This document shows, piece after piece, positions 10,897 through 20,680 of a stretch of DNA of 64,000 nucleotides. The notes beneath the pieces were generated by a model. It was not told where the DNA came from, searched no databases, and saw only the letters and a program-made list of their open reading frames with translations. This DNA is from an uncultured Planctomycetota bacterium (GTDB taxonomy: Bacteria > Planctomycetota > Planctomycetia > Isosphaerales > Isosphaeraceae). The position numbers were made by a program, and so were the translations under genes. The stretch is from assembly GCA_963737655.1 (NCBI GenBank), contig CAVTTN010000002.1:1952001-2016000 (forward strand), written 5' to 3'. The stretch's first letter is position 1, and each line of letters starts with the position of its first letter.

Positions 10897-11060
10897 TTCT
10901 GCGACTTGGAAGTCGTGTTTCGGTTGGCAGGAATTCCGGAGCCACCCGGACTTTGAGAGTCTATCCTAGAAGCAGAGGTGCTTCACCCCGCCAGCCTCAA
11001 AAATCGCTCAGTGACCCGGCGGGATCCATCTCTCCGGCCTCTGGCGAGGCTCGAAAGACA

Positions 11061-11477
11061 ATGTTCGAGAACCGAGGGTTCATGGCCGCCCGAAAGTGCC
11101 TTCTGACCACGCTCTGGCTCACCACCTCGCTCACGCTGCTGGGGCTCGTCCTGGTCGCCCCGCTGCGGACGTCGGGCTTTGCCACGGTCTCCGACCGGCC
11201 GGGTTGCCTGCGCCGCAATTTCGCCATCTCCCCGGGCCAGCCTGCGACCCGTCTCTGTGAGGAGATCGCCGTCCACGCGACCCTGGAGGTGACCGGCCCT
11301 TCTTCCGAGAATGGGAGTGCCCTATCTTCGGAAACCGAGGAGCAAGAACGGGATTTGGCCGATGCCCTGGTCGATCCCCGTGACGCGTTCCTCCCCCCTC
11401 TCTCCTTCCGCAAGATCCCCGCTCTCCGCCTGGTCTCTCCCCGTCCTCTCCTCTCCCCGTTCCCTCTCCGTTGCTGA
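11061..11477 (+). CDS. Small membrane-anchored hypothetical protein ending in PLRC
   Basis: ATG downstream of the promoter; N-terminal hydrophobic helix. Confidence 0.55.
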   Translation: MFENRGFMAARKCLLTTLWLTTSLTLLGLVLVAPLRTSGFATVSDRPGCLRRNFAISPGQPATRLCEEIAVHATLEVTGPSSENGSALSSETEEQERDLADALVDPRDAFLPPLSFRKIPALRLVSPRPLLSPFPLRC

Positions 11478-11846
11478 TCGTTCCCTGACTCCCGGCTGAT
11501 GTGTCGCCGATCCTCGGCGCCTCGTCCAGGTCTCGGCCTGGGGGATGGCGTACGGACCGGGTTGCAAGCCTGGCGCAAGGTCGCCTGGCCGAGGCCCTGG
11601 ATCCGGAGGCCGACGTCCCTGGTGGTCGTCGGTTCGGTGAGACTCGTCGGCCGGACCTCGCGATCGATCAACAACGATCCGGTCGGGTGATCATCCCACG
11701 CACCTAGCGACGCCACCTCTCCCCTCTGGTGTCGAACCGGGTCGGATTTCTCTCCGTGCCCGCATCCCTCCAATCCACACCCGTTTTCCTTGGCCCAAGG
11801 AATCGGGACAGAGTCGAGTGGCGACGTGTCGAACAGGAGCCCTGCG

Positions 11847-13088
11847 ATGGAATCGATCGAACCCAAGAAGCGGCGTCCCCTGCGTGCGTTGATGTTGGTT
11901 GTCGCCGTGGCCGGCGGCGCGGTCTTCGGCCTCTACAAGGGGCGCGTGGAGATCCCGTCGTTGCACACATCCCGGCTGTACGCGTACCTGGATACCATGG
12001 TCGCTCGGGCCCACCAGACCAGGGACCGGCTCGTCGGGTCGGGCGAGGCGGAGTCGCACCACGAGGGGGGCGAGGGGGAGCACGAGTCGCAGGCGATCGT
12101 GGTCACCAACCCCCAGAAGAAGGACGTGGTCCTGACCCAGCAGTATGTCTGCCAGATCCACTCCCAGAACCACATCAAGATCCGGGCCCTGGAGAGCGGG
12201 TATCTCAAGCAGATCCTGGTGAAGGAAGGCCAGGCGGTGAAGAAGGGCGACCTGATGTTCAAGATCGTCCCGACGCTCTACCAGGCCAGGCTCGACGCGG
12301 AGAACGCCGAGGCCCGGCTGGCCGCCCTGGAGCTGAAGAACACCAAGCGGCTCTTCGACACCAAGGTCGTCTCGCAGAACGAGGTCTTCCTGCTCGAGGC
12401 CAAGCTGGCCAAGGCCCAGGCCAAGGCGGAGCTGGCCGGGGCCGAGCTGGAGTTCACCAACGTCCGGGCCCCGTTCGACGGCATCGTCGACCGCCTCCTG
12501 GAGCAGGTGGGCAGCCTGATCTCCGAAGGGGATGAGCTGACCACGCTGTCGGACAACAGCCTGATGTGGGTCTACTTCAACGTCCCCGAGCGCGACTACC
12601 TCGACTACATGGACGGCCCCCACCAGGGCAAGGACGACCGGATGGTCGAGCTCGAGCTGGCGAACCTCCAGAAGTTTCCCCAGCCCGGCAAGATCGCCAC
12701 GATCGAGGCCAAGTTCAACAACGTGACCGGCAACATCCCCTTCCGCGCCGACTTCCCCAACCCCAAGGGGCTGCTGCGTCACGGCCAGACCGGCAACGTC
12801 TACCTCAGGCGGGTCGCGCCCGACGCCATCGTCATCCCCCAGCGGGCGACCTTCGAGATCCTCGACCGGCGGTACGTCTACGTCGTCGACAAGGACAGCG
12901 TGGTCCACCAGCGCGAGATCCAGGTCGACCGCGAGCTGGACGACGTCTACGTCCTCCGCAAGGGCGTCGGCGTGGACGAGAAGATCGTCCTGGAGGGGAT
13001 GCGCGATCTCCGCGACGGCGACAAGGTGACCTACGAGTTCCGCCATCCGGAAGTGGTCGTCGCCCAGTTGAAGAACCGGGCGGAGTGA
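11847..13088 (+). CDS. RND efflux periplasmic adaptor (membrane fusion protein)
   Basis: VKEGQAVKKGDLMF, VRAPFDGIV, FPNPKGLLRHG; directly upstream of the permease. Confidence 0.92.
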   Translation: MESIEPKKRRPLRALMLVVAVAGGAVFGLYKGRVEIPSLHTSRLYAYLDTMVARAHQTRDRLVGSGEAESHHEGGEGEHESQAIVVTNPQKKDVVLTQQYVCQIHSQNHIKIRALESGYLKQILVKEGQAVKKGDLMFKIVPTLYQARLDAENAEARLAALELKNTKRLFDTKVVSQNEVFLLEAKLAKAQAKAELAGAELEFTNVRAPFDGIVDRLLEQVGSLISEGDELTTLSDNSLMWVYFNVPERDYLDYMDGPHQGKDDRMVELELANLQKFPQPGKIATIEAKFNNVTGNIPFRADFPNPKGLLRHGQTGNVYLRRVAPDAIVIPQRATFEILDRRYVYVVDKDSVVHQREIQVDRELDDVYVLRKGVGVDEKIVLEGMRDLRDGDKVTYEFRHPEVVVAQLKNRAE

Positions 13089-13161
13089 GCTCCGCCGACC
13101 GACGTTGCGGCAAGGGACGTGGACACTTCGGTACGGAACCCAACCAGATCACGGCGGGACC

Positions 13162-16100
13162 ATGTTCGCGAAAATCCTCTACAGGCCGGCGTTGGCGATC
13201 GTCATCTCGGTGATCATCCTGTTCCTGGGGGGGCTGGCGATCAAGACGTTGCCGGTCTCCCAGTTCCCCGCGGTCGCGCCGCCGAGCGTCGTGGTCACGG
13301 TGGCCTATCCCGGCGCCAGCGCCAACGTCCTGGTGGACTCGGTGCTGGTCATCCTGGAGCAGTCCATCAACGGCGTGCAGGACATGCGCTACATGGCCTC
13401 CGCCGCCACCAGCGCCGGCGAGGCGACGATCCTGATCGTCTTCGAGCCGGGGACCGACCCGAACGTGGCGGTCCTGAACGTCAACAACCGCATCCAGATG
13501 GTCAAGAACCGCCTCCCGCCGCTGGTGGAGCGGGAGGGCATCGTCGTCATGCAGATGATGACGAGCATGCTGATGTACGTGAACGTGTTCAGCGACCAGG
13601 AGGGCGTCGACCAGAACTTCCTGTACAATTACGCCTACGTGAACATCCTGCCCGAGATCAAGCGGGTGCGGGGCGTCGGCATGGCCACGATCCTCGGCAA
13701 CCGCCAGTACGCCATGAGGGTCTGGCTCGACCTGGACCGGATGCGGGCCTACAACGTCTCCTCCGACGACATCATGGAGGCGATCTCCAAGCAGAGCATG
13801 ATCGGCTCGCCCGGGCGGCTCGGCCAGGCGACGGGGAAGACGTCGCAGACGATCGAGTACGTGCTGACCTGGGTGGGGCGTTACAACAAGCCGGAGCAAT
13901 ATGAACGGATCGTCCTGAAGGCGAATCCCGATGGCGAGATCCTCCGGCTCAAGGACGTCGCCAAGGTCGAGATGAGCGCCTCGTACTACAACCTCTACTC
14001 GGACATCGACGGCCTCCCCTCGGCGGCCATCGTGCTCAAGCAGACCCCGGGCTCCAACGCCTCCACGGTCATCGAGGAGGTCAAGGAGAAGCTGACGGAG
14101 ATGAAGAAGGAGAAGTTCCCGCCGGGGATGGACTTCGCCGTGACCTACGACGTCTCCTCGTTCCTCGAGGCCTCCATCGAGAAGGTGCTCCACACCCTGA
14201 TCGAGGCCTTCGTGCTGGTGGCGCTGGTGGTCTTCCTGTTCCTCGGCGACTGGCGATCCACGCTGATCCCCACCCTGGCGGTCCCGGTCTCGCTGATCGG
14301 CACCTTCTTCTTCATGCAAGTGATGGGGCTGTCGATCAACCTCATCACGCTTTTCGCGCTGGTGCTGGCCATCGGCGTCGTCGTCGACGACGCGATCGTC
14401 GTGGTCGAGGCCGTGCACGCCAAGATGGCCGAGAAGCACCTGTCGCCCTATCGCGCGACGATGGAGGTCATGAACGAGATCAGCGGGGCGATCATCGCGA
14501 TCACCATGGTGATGACGGCGGTGTTCATCCCGGTCACCTTCATGACCGGGCCGGTCGGCGTCTTCTACCGCCAGTTCGGCATCACGATGGCCACGTCGAT
14601 CGTCCTCTCCGGCGTCGTCGCCCTGACGCTCACCCCGGTCCTCTGCGCCATGCTCCTCAAGCCCCACGGCCACAAGGCGCGGGGGCCGCTGGCGATCCTC
14701 CTCAGCGGGATCTTCCTGCCGGTGACCCTCGTGCTCCGCCTGTTCGATCGCGGGGTCAACAAGGTCACCAACGGCTACGCCGGCATCCTGGGCCGGATCG
14801 TCACGCTCCGGCTGATCACGATGCTCATCATCGGCGGCTTCGCCTATGGCATCTTCCTGGTCAACATGAAGCTCCCCTCGGGCTTCGTCCCCCTGGAGGA
14901 CCAGGGCATGATCTACGGGGTCCTCCAGACGCCCCCGGGCTCCACGCTGGAGTACACCAACGCCAAGGCCCACGAGCTCCAGGCGATCGCCAAGAAGATC
15001 GAGGGCGTCAAGTCCGTCTCCTCGCTCGCCGGTTACGAGGTGCTGACCGAGGGCCGAGGCTCCAACGCCGGGACCTGCCTGATCAACCTGAAGCCCTGGG
15101 CCGAGCGCAAGATGACCTCGAAGCAGATCATCGAGGAACTCCAGAAGCAGGGCCAGTCGATCTCCAACGCGAAGCTCGAGTTCTTCGAGCCGCCGGCGGT
15201 CCCCGGCTTCGGCGCGGCCGGAGGCTTCTCCACCCGCGTCCTCGACAAGACCAACACCAACGACTACAAGCGGCTCGGCGAAGTGACGGACAAATTCATG
15301 GCCGCCCTGAAGAAACGCAAGGAAATCAAGGGCCTGTTCACCTTCTTCGCCGCCAACTATCCCCAGTATGAGATCGTCATCGACAACGACGTGGCCATGC
15401 AGAAGGGGGTCTCCATCGCCGACGCCATGGACAACCTCTCCATCGTCGTCGGCAGCACCTGGGAGCAGGGCTTCGTCCGCTTCAACCAGTTCTGGAAGGT
15501 CTTCGTCCAGGCCGAGCCGAAGTTCCGACGCTACCCCGCGGACCTGCAGAACATGTTCGTCAAGAACGACCACGGCGAGATGGTCCCCTACTCCTCCTTC
15601 ATGTCGATCCGCAAGCAGCAGGGCCTCAACGAGATCAACCGCTACAACCTCTACGCCTCCGCCGCCATCCAGGGGGCACCGGCCCCCGGCTACAGCACCG
15701 GCCAGGCCATCAAGGCGATCGAGGAGGTCGCCAAGGAGACGCTGCCCCCGGGATTCGGCGTCGGCTGGGAGGGCCTCTCCTACGACGAGGCGAACAAGGG
15801 GAACCTGGCGGTCTACATCCTCCTGGTCGTCGTCATCTTCGTCTACCTCGTGCTCGTCGGCCAGTACGAGAGCTTCCTCCTCCCCCTGGCGGTCATCTTC
15901 TCCCTGCCCATCGGCCTGTTCGGGACGTTCTGGCTCCTGAAAGCCATGGGCCTGGCCAACGACGTCTACGCCCAGATCGGCCTGATCATGCTCGTCGGAC
16001 TGCTCGGCAAGAACGCGATCCTGATCGTGGAATTCGCCGTGCAGCGGCGGGCCGAGGGCCTGAGCATCAAGGAGGCCGCCATCGAAGGAGGAAAACTCCG

Positions 16101-16425
16101 ATTCCGGCCGATCCTCATGACCTCCTTCGCCTTCATCGCCGGCCTGCTCCCGCTGGTCTACGCCACCGGCCCCGGCGCGATCGGCAACCGCACCATCGGC
16201 ACCGCCGCGGTCGGCGGGATGCTCGTGGGCACCCTGGTCGGCGTCCTGGTCATCCCCGGCCTCTACTACGTCTTCGCGAAGATCTCCGACGGTCGCTACC
16301 TACTCAAGGACGAGACCGATGAAACGCTCTCAGAGTCCCTGACGACCCACGGGTCGATCGCGCCCGACCCGCATTCCAGCCCATCGCACTCGTTCCTCGC
16401 CCCGGAAGGCAAGGACTTGCACTAG
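13162..16425 (+). CDS. RND efflux permease (HAE1/AcrB family)
   Basis: LPVSQFP, AIGVVVDDAIVVVE, GLLGKNAILIVEFA, RFRPILMTS. Confidence 0.95.
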   Translation: MFAKILYRPALAIVISVIILFLGGLAIKTLPVSQFPAVAPPSVVVTVAYPGASANVLVDSVLVILEQSINGVQDMRYMASAATSAGEATILIVFEPGTDPNVAVLNVNNRIQMVKNRLPPLVEREGIVVMQMMTSMLMYVNVFSDQEGVDQNFLYNYAYVNILPEIKRVRGVGMATILGNRQYAMRVWLDLDRMRAYNVSSDDIMEAISKQSMIGSPGRLGQATGKTSQTIEYVLTWVGRYNKPEQYERIVLKANPDGEILRLKDVAKVEMSASYYNLYSDIDGLPSAAIVLKQTPGSNASTVIEEVKEKLTEMKKEKFPPGMDFAVTYDVSSFLEASIEKVLHTLIEAFVLVALVVFLFLGDWRSTLIPTLAVPVSLIGTFFFMQVMGLSINLITLFALVLAIGVVVDDAIVVVEAVHAKMAEKHLSPYRATMEVMNEISGAIIAITMVMTAVFIPVTFMTGPVGVFYRQFGITMATSIVLSGVVALTLTPVLCAMLLKPHGHKARGPLAILLSGIFLPVTLVLRLFDRGVNKVTNGYAGILGRIVTLRLITMLIIGGFAYGIFLVNMKLPSGFVPLEDQGMIYGVLQTPPGSTLEYTNAKAHELQAIAKKIEGVKSVSSLAGYEVLTEGRGSNAGTCLINLKPWAERKMTSKQIIEELQKQGQSISNAKLEFFEPPAVPGFGAAGGFSTRVLDKTNTNDYKRLGEVTDKFMAALKKRKEIKGLFTFFAANYPQYEIVIDNDVAMQKGVSIADAMDNLSIVVGSTWEQGFVRFNQFWKVFVQAEPKFRRYPADLQNMFVKNDHGEMVPYSSFMSIRKQQGLNEINRYNLYASAAIQGAPAPGYSTGQAIKAIEEVAKETLPPGFGVGWEGLSYDEANKGNLAVYILLVVVIFVYLVLVGQYESFLLPLAVIFSLPIGLFGTFWLLKAMGLANDVYAQIGLIMLVGLLGKNAILIVEFAVQRRAEGLSIKEAAIEGGKLRFRPILMTSFAFIAGLLPLVYATGPGAIGNRTIGTAAVGGMLVGTLVGVLVIPGLYYVFAKISDGRYLLKDETDETLSESLTTHGSIAPDPHSSPSHSFLAPEGKDLH

Positions 16426-16546
16426 CTGGTTCCTGATGGGATGGAAAGTCAAACCGGGTCCGGATTTTCGTCGAATTTCCCCGTCCCACCCGGTCGCCGG
16501 CCAAGCCGGAGGCCACGACTTCGAGACCATCCTCCCCGTTCGCGAG

Positions 16547-16575
16547 AAACCCCCGGATGACCCCGGGGGTTTTTC
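16547..16575 (+). terminator. Possible intrinsic terminator
   Basis: Hairpin aaacccccgg/ccgggggttt ending in a T run, about 120 bp after the permease stop. Confidence 0.45.
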
Positions 16576-17420
16576 TTCGCGCCCGCCGCCCCGCGGCTTC
16601 CGGTGCCCAGCACGTGCCCCAGCCCCGCCAAGGTGGCGGAGATCCCACCGGCACCCGGGCGACCAGGCCGGACCGATCCGTCCTCCACGCCGGAAGATCG
16701 GACGCGCCCTCCCCCGTCCCGAGCCGGGGGGCGGGAGTGAGGGGGGCCGGCTCTTGGAAGCCGAGCCCCACGACCGACCTTCGACCAGAAGCCGTCCGAA
16801 CCGACGGCGCGACCAAACCCATCCCAACCGCTCACGGCCCACCCCCGAACCACGAATCGAAGTCCCCGCCCGACGTCCACCGACGCCATCCCCTCGATCC
16901 AGACCATCGAGAGCCGCCCCCACCCCCGATCGCCCAATCTCGCCCCCACCCCATCACCCATCCCGAATGACCCCTCAAGCGCACTCCCCGAAGGATCCAC
17001 CAATCCGGACAAAATTCGGCGGCGAAGCTCCAAAATCCGATCGACGCAAACCGTTCGGACATCAAAATTTGCTCGCAAAAACCAAACAAATTCACAAATC
17101 AAGCAACATGGCTCGGCACGAGTGACTGTGCGCCCGAAAACCCTGGAAAAACCGCCCTCCGGCGCGTTTTTCGGGAAAACGTGGAGTCAAGTTCCGCGAA
17201 ATCGTCGATCGCGCACATCTGCCCATGACCAAACTCGAACAATCCAACCAATGAATGGAATCCAAATTAATAAATCTCGAAACATCGGCAACTTGCCGCT
17301 CGTCAGACCCCCGCAAACCCGACCCCACCCGCTTCTCTCGAGCGGATTTCCCGGAAGCCCCAGACTCCCCAGGATCGCAAGCCCCGGGGACCGTCGAGTG
17401 AGTCCTCAAGGATCGAGACT

Positions 17421-17508
17421 CGGGTGGCATGCTCACGTCTTTGCAACCAAGGATTCGGCCGGCTTCGAATGGAAGGCATGCTCACCTCTTGGTAAGCATG
17501 CAACCCGG
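17421..17508. repeat. Degenerate copy of the GGGTGGCATGCT-type REP-like repeat
   Basis: gggtggcatgctcacgtct...gtaagcatgcaaccc resembles the perfect element at 39075-39167. Confidence 0.55.
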
Positions 17509-17565
17509 CCAAAGAAAATCCTTGGAAGGCGAACTCGCCGTCGGCAAAATCAACAACCGGCCCGA

Positions 17566-17617
17566 GATTATGCATCCGAAACGACGTGATAAATCACGTC
17601 GTTTCGGATGCATAATC
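17566..17617. repeat. Perfect 25-bp-arm palindrome just upstream of the array start
   Basis: gattatgcatccgaaacgacgtgat-aa-atcacgtcgtttcggatgcataatc. Confidence 0.9.
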
Positions 17618-17650
17618 CCGCAAATTCGGAGATTCTGCGTCACTTTCGAT

Positions 17651-17668
17651 GTCTACTTCATGTTAGGC
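17651..17668 (+). other. Putative attI-like site (first GTTRRRY of the array)
   Basis: gtctacttcatGTTAGGC. This first GTTAGGC has no attC body before it and begins a cassette also seen after attC sites at 19536 and 20325. Confidence 0.55.
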
Positions 17669-17992
17669 GGCTCAGGAGTCGAAGCCTTCGGTCGTGCTCG
17701 TCGTCGGCCTCGCCGGTCGCGCCTCGGCTCGACGACGCCATCGGTCGGGCCCCTGGAGTCGGCCTCGGCGGTGGTGCGCGTCGTCGCCCTCGCCGGCCGC
17801 GCCCCGAGGTCGGGCCCGTCGGCCGGCGCCCCCCTTGCCAACGCCGTCGGTCCGTGCCAGGATCGTCGGTGTCGGCGCGTGGGGCGTCGCCGGGGCGCCG
17901 CCTAACCCGGCGCTGCAGCGGACCCGGCCCGCGGTCGACGATCACTCTCCTCTCAATCTCGCCGGGCGCGGGCCGGTCCGCTGAGCTTTGTC
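17662..17992 (+). repeat. Apparently gene-less cassette, copy 1 of 3
   Basis: 331 bp, near-identical to 19536-19866 and 20325-20655. Confidence 0.85.
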
Positions 17993-17999
17993 GTTAGGC
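17900..17999 (+). repeat. attC site
   Basis: GCCTAAC...GTTAGGC with L boxes. Confidence 0.9.
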
Positions 18000-18147
18000 G
18001 TCGCGCCCTCGACACGGTTGGTTTGGCTCGTCGTCGAAGTCGCTGGGAGTGCCCCTGCTGTCAAAGTCTGTGGGTTGAGCTCCGGCTTCGCCGTCGCGAT
18101 GTTCGGTCATCGTCTCCAAAGGTCATCGTCGTCGCGGTCGGCCGCCT

Positions 18148-18527
18148 CTTCGTGAACTCTTTGGCTGGGAACGGCCATCGACGCGCGACACTACCCCAAC
18201 CCCAGGCTTTGTGGCCGGGCAGCGGCGAGGTCCGGGTAGCAAACCGACGGATTCAAGAGCGGCGGACGAGGCGCGGGCCGAGAGGGGAGTCGGTTACGCT
18301 TGCAGTCTCTTCGACGGGAACATCCCCGCGAGTCGGCTCGCGGGGCGTCGCCAATGACCGGATCACGACCTCTCGGGCCAGGCTAACCTACGGGCAGGGA
18401 GCACCAAGGTGGAGACGGCCGGGAGGCCCGCGCCACACTCAGGCTACGCCGCGCCGGGTCGGCGGGCAAGTCGTCCCCGACCCCCGTTCACGCCCCGTCG
18501 GGAGCGGACGAAGGCCGCAGGATGGTT
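18148..18527 (-). mobile_element. 380-bp non-autonomous IS110/IS1111-derived element, copy a (type 1)
   Basis: cttcgtgaactct...gcaggatggtt inserted in GCCT^AAC; homologous to the IS110 upstream non-coding region. Confidence 0.9.
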
Positions 18528-18623
18528 AACCTCGCGCTGCAGCGGACCCGTCCCGCGGTTGACGATTTTTCTGGTGTCCAGCCCGCTGGCCGCGGGTCGG
18601 TCCGCTGAGCTTGGTCGTTAGGC
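18528..18623 (+). repeat. attC site, R'' interrupted by element a
   Basis: gcct(18144-47)|aacctcgcgctgcagcggacc...gttaggc. Confidence 0.88.
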
Positions 18624-18648
18624 GTATTAGGTCGATCGGAGGCTCTGG

Positions 18649-19059
18649 ATGCGCAGTAGAGTCCGCTATGTCAGTGGTTTGCTATCGCTGTCCGTGCTGA
18701 TCTTTACCTCGTGCAGACCGGAGCGACCGGCGGGCAGCGAGGCGGACGCGTGGCCATCCGACCAAGAGATCCTCGCCTACCTCGATGGCAAGACGATTTT
18801 CGAGCCCACGCCTGCCTCATCGGAGAAGGGAGGTAGTGTACCCCCGAAATCCTTCTTGCTGAAGGCAGGCAACATTTCCTCCTTGGAAGTGAAGAAGTCG
18901 GGGGTTGCTGTCTCGGGCGAGCCTTGGACGACGCCGATCCATTTCATCCTCGACGAGGGGGGGCGTAAATATGCCGTTGATGCCAGCGTCGATCACCGGA
19001 AAGTCGATAATAAACGGGCCTTCTTCGGGCTCAAGGCCGAGCGCATCGCTGAGCAGTGA
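18649..19059 (+). CDS. Cassette ORF, predicted lipoprotein
   Basis: GGAGG RBS, lipobox LIFTSC, fills the cassette. Confidence 0.75.
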   Translation: MRSRVRYVSGLLSLSVLIFTSCRPERPAGSEADAWPSDQEILAYLDGKTIFEPTPASSEKGGSVPPKSFLLKAGNISSLEVKKSGVAVSGEPWTTPIHFILDEGGRKYAVDASVDHRKVDNKRAFFGLKAERIAEQ

Positions 19060-19064
19060 CGCCT

Positions 19065-19444
19065 CTTCGTGAACTCTTTGGCTGGGAACGGCCATCGACG
19101 CGCGACACTACCCCAACCCCAGGCTTTGTGGCCGGGCAGCGGCGAGGTCCGGGTAGCAAACCGACGGATTCAAGAGCGGCGGACGAGGCGCGGGCCGAGA
19201 GGGGAGTCGGTTACGCTTGCAGTCTCTTCGACGGGAACATCCCCGCGAGTCGGCTCGCGGGGCGTCGCCAATGACCGGATCACGACCTCTCGGGCCAGGC
19301 TAACCTACGGGCAGGGAGCACCAAGGTGGAGACGGCCGGGAGGCCCGCGCCACACTCAGGCTACGCCGCGCCGGGTCGGCGGGCAAGTCGTCCCCGACCC
19401 CCGTTCACGCCCCGTCGGGAGCGGACGAAGGCCGCAGGATGGTT
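19065..19444 (-). mobile_element. 380-bp element, copy b (type 1)
   Basis: Same sequence and insertion point as copy a. Confidence 0.9.
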
Positions 19445-19542
19445 AACCTCGCGCTGCAGCGGACCCCGGCCACGGGCCGCGCTCCCCTCTTCCCTCAAGC
19501 TCACTGGTCCGTGGCCGGGTCCGCTGAGCTTTGGCGTTAGGC
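19445..19542 (+). repeat. attC site, interrupted by element b
   Basis: aacctcgcgctgcagcgg...gttaggc. Confidence 0.88.
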
Positions 19543-19866
19543 GGCTCAGGAGTCGAAGCCTTCGGTCGTGCTCGTCGTCGGCCTCGCCGGTCGCGCCTCG
19601 GCTCGACGACGCCATCGGTCGGGCCCCTGGAGTCGGCCTCGGCGGTGGTGCGCGTCGTCGCCCTCGCCGGCCGCGCCCCCGAGGTCGGGCCCGTCGGCCG
19701 GCGCCCCCCTTGCCAACGCCGTCGGTCCGTGCCAGGATCGTCGGTGTCGGCGCGTGGGGCGTCGCCGGGCGCCGCCTAACCCGGCGCTGCAGCGGACCCG
19801 GCCCGCGGTCGACGATCACTCTCCTCTCAATCTCGCCGGGCGCGGGCCGGTCCGCTGAGCTTTGTC
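19536..19866 (+). repeat. Gene-less cassette, copy 2 (includes most of attC 19774-19873)
   Basis: Repeat of 17662-17992. Confidence 0.85.
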
Positions 19867-19873
19867 GTTAGGC
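19774..19873 (+). repeat. attC site
   Basis: Identical to attC 17900-17999. Confidence 0.9.
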
Positions 19874-19890
19874 GGCGGGAGACTCCCGCG

Positions 19891-20211
19891 ATGGATTGGC
19901 TCGAACCGTGGTGCGATGTCGCCGACCTCGGCCCCGACTTCGCGGCTACATTCGAGCGGGTTCTGGCACGCGAGGTCGCGCCGGGCCATCCCCTCCACAG
20001 CATCCCGGTCGCGGCAGTCGGCAAGCGCGACGGCACCGACGACGTGCTCTTTCGGCTGCTCGACGGCTCGGAGCGTGTCGCCGCCGTGCACCTGACCTGG
20101 ACTCGCTCCCCTCCCGAGCGGCCACCCTGGCCGGCAACCGAACTGTTCGCCGACTTCGAGGCGTTCGCCCGGCACCAGATGCGGCCCGACCATGAGGAAT
20201 TCGTGACGTAG
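19891..20211 (+). CDS. Cassette ORF, hypothetical protein
   Basis: RBS then ATG just after the attC; stop just before the next attC. Confidence 0.75.
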   Translation: MDWLEPWCDVADLGPDFAATFERVLAREVAPGHPLHSIPVAAVGKRDGTDDVLFRLLDGSERVAAVHLTWTRSPPERPPWPATELFADFEAFARHQMRPDHEEFVT

Positions 20212-20231
20212 CGGCGGGCACAAGAGACGCC

Positions 20232-20331
20232 GCCTAACCCGGCGCTGCAGCGGACCCGGCCGCCGCGGTCGGTTTCTGGTAACATCAAGGTCACTGGTCG
20301 GCGGCCGGTCCGCTGAGCTTGGTCGTTAGGC
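20232..20331 (+). repeat. attC site
   Basis: GCCTAAC...GTTAGGC; loop contains TGGTAACAT. Confidence 0.9.
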
Positions 20332-20655
20332 GGCTCAGGAGTCGAAGCCTTCGGTCGTGCTCGTCGTCGGCCTCGCCGGTCGCGCCTCGGCTCGACGACG
20401 CCATCGGTCGGGCCCCTGGAGTCGGCCTCGGCGGTGGTGCGCGTCGTCGCCCTCGCCGGCCGCGCCCCCGAGGTCGGGCCCGTCGGCCGGCGCCCCCTTG
20501 CCAACGCCGTCGGTCCGTGCCAGGATCGTCGGTGTCGGCGCGTGGGGCGTCGCCGGGGCGCCGCCTAACCCGGCGCTGCAGCGGACCCGGCCCGCGGTCG
20601 ACGATCACTCTCCTCTCAATCTCGCCGGGCGCGGGCCGGTCCGCTGAGCTTTGTC
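20325..20655 (+). repeat. Gene-less cassette, copy 3
   Basis: Repeat of 17662-17992. Confidence 0.85.
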
Positions 20656-20662
20656 GTTAGGC
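20563..20662 (+). repeat. attC site
   Basis: Identical to attC 17900-17999. Confidence 0.9.
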
Positions 20663-20680
20663 GGCTCGGAGGCAACCGCA

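Noticed and set aside
16436..17589. ORFs upstream of the array as an integron integrase
   Set aside because: No tyrosine-recombinase motifs (R, HxxR, Y) are recognisable and the translations are low-complexity.
18148..18527. Group IIC-attC intron remnant as the identity of the 380-bp element
   Set aside because: No GTGYG 5' end on the bottom strand and no RT ORF; clear homology and a shared insertion base with the IS110 element instead.
19069..19446. Repeated ORFs NSLAGNGHRR... and METAGRP... inside the 380-bp elements
   Set aside because: No consistent RBS or start, Arg/Pro/Gly-rich composition typical of GC shadow frames, and they map to the IS non-coding region.
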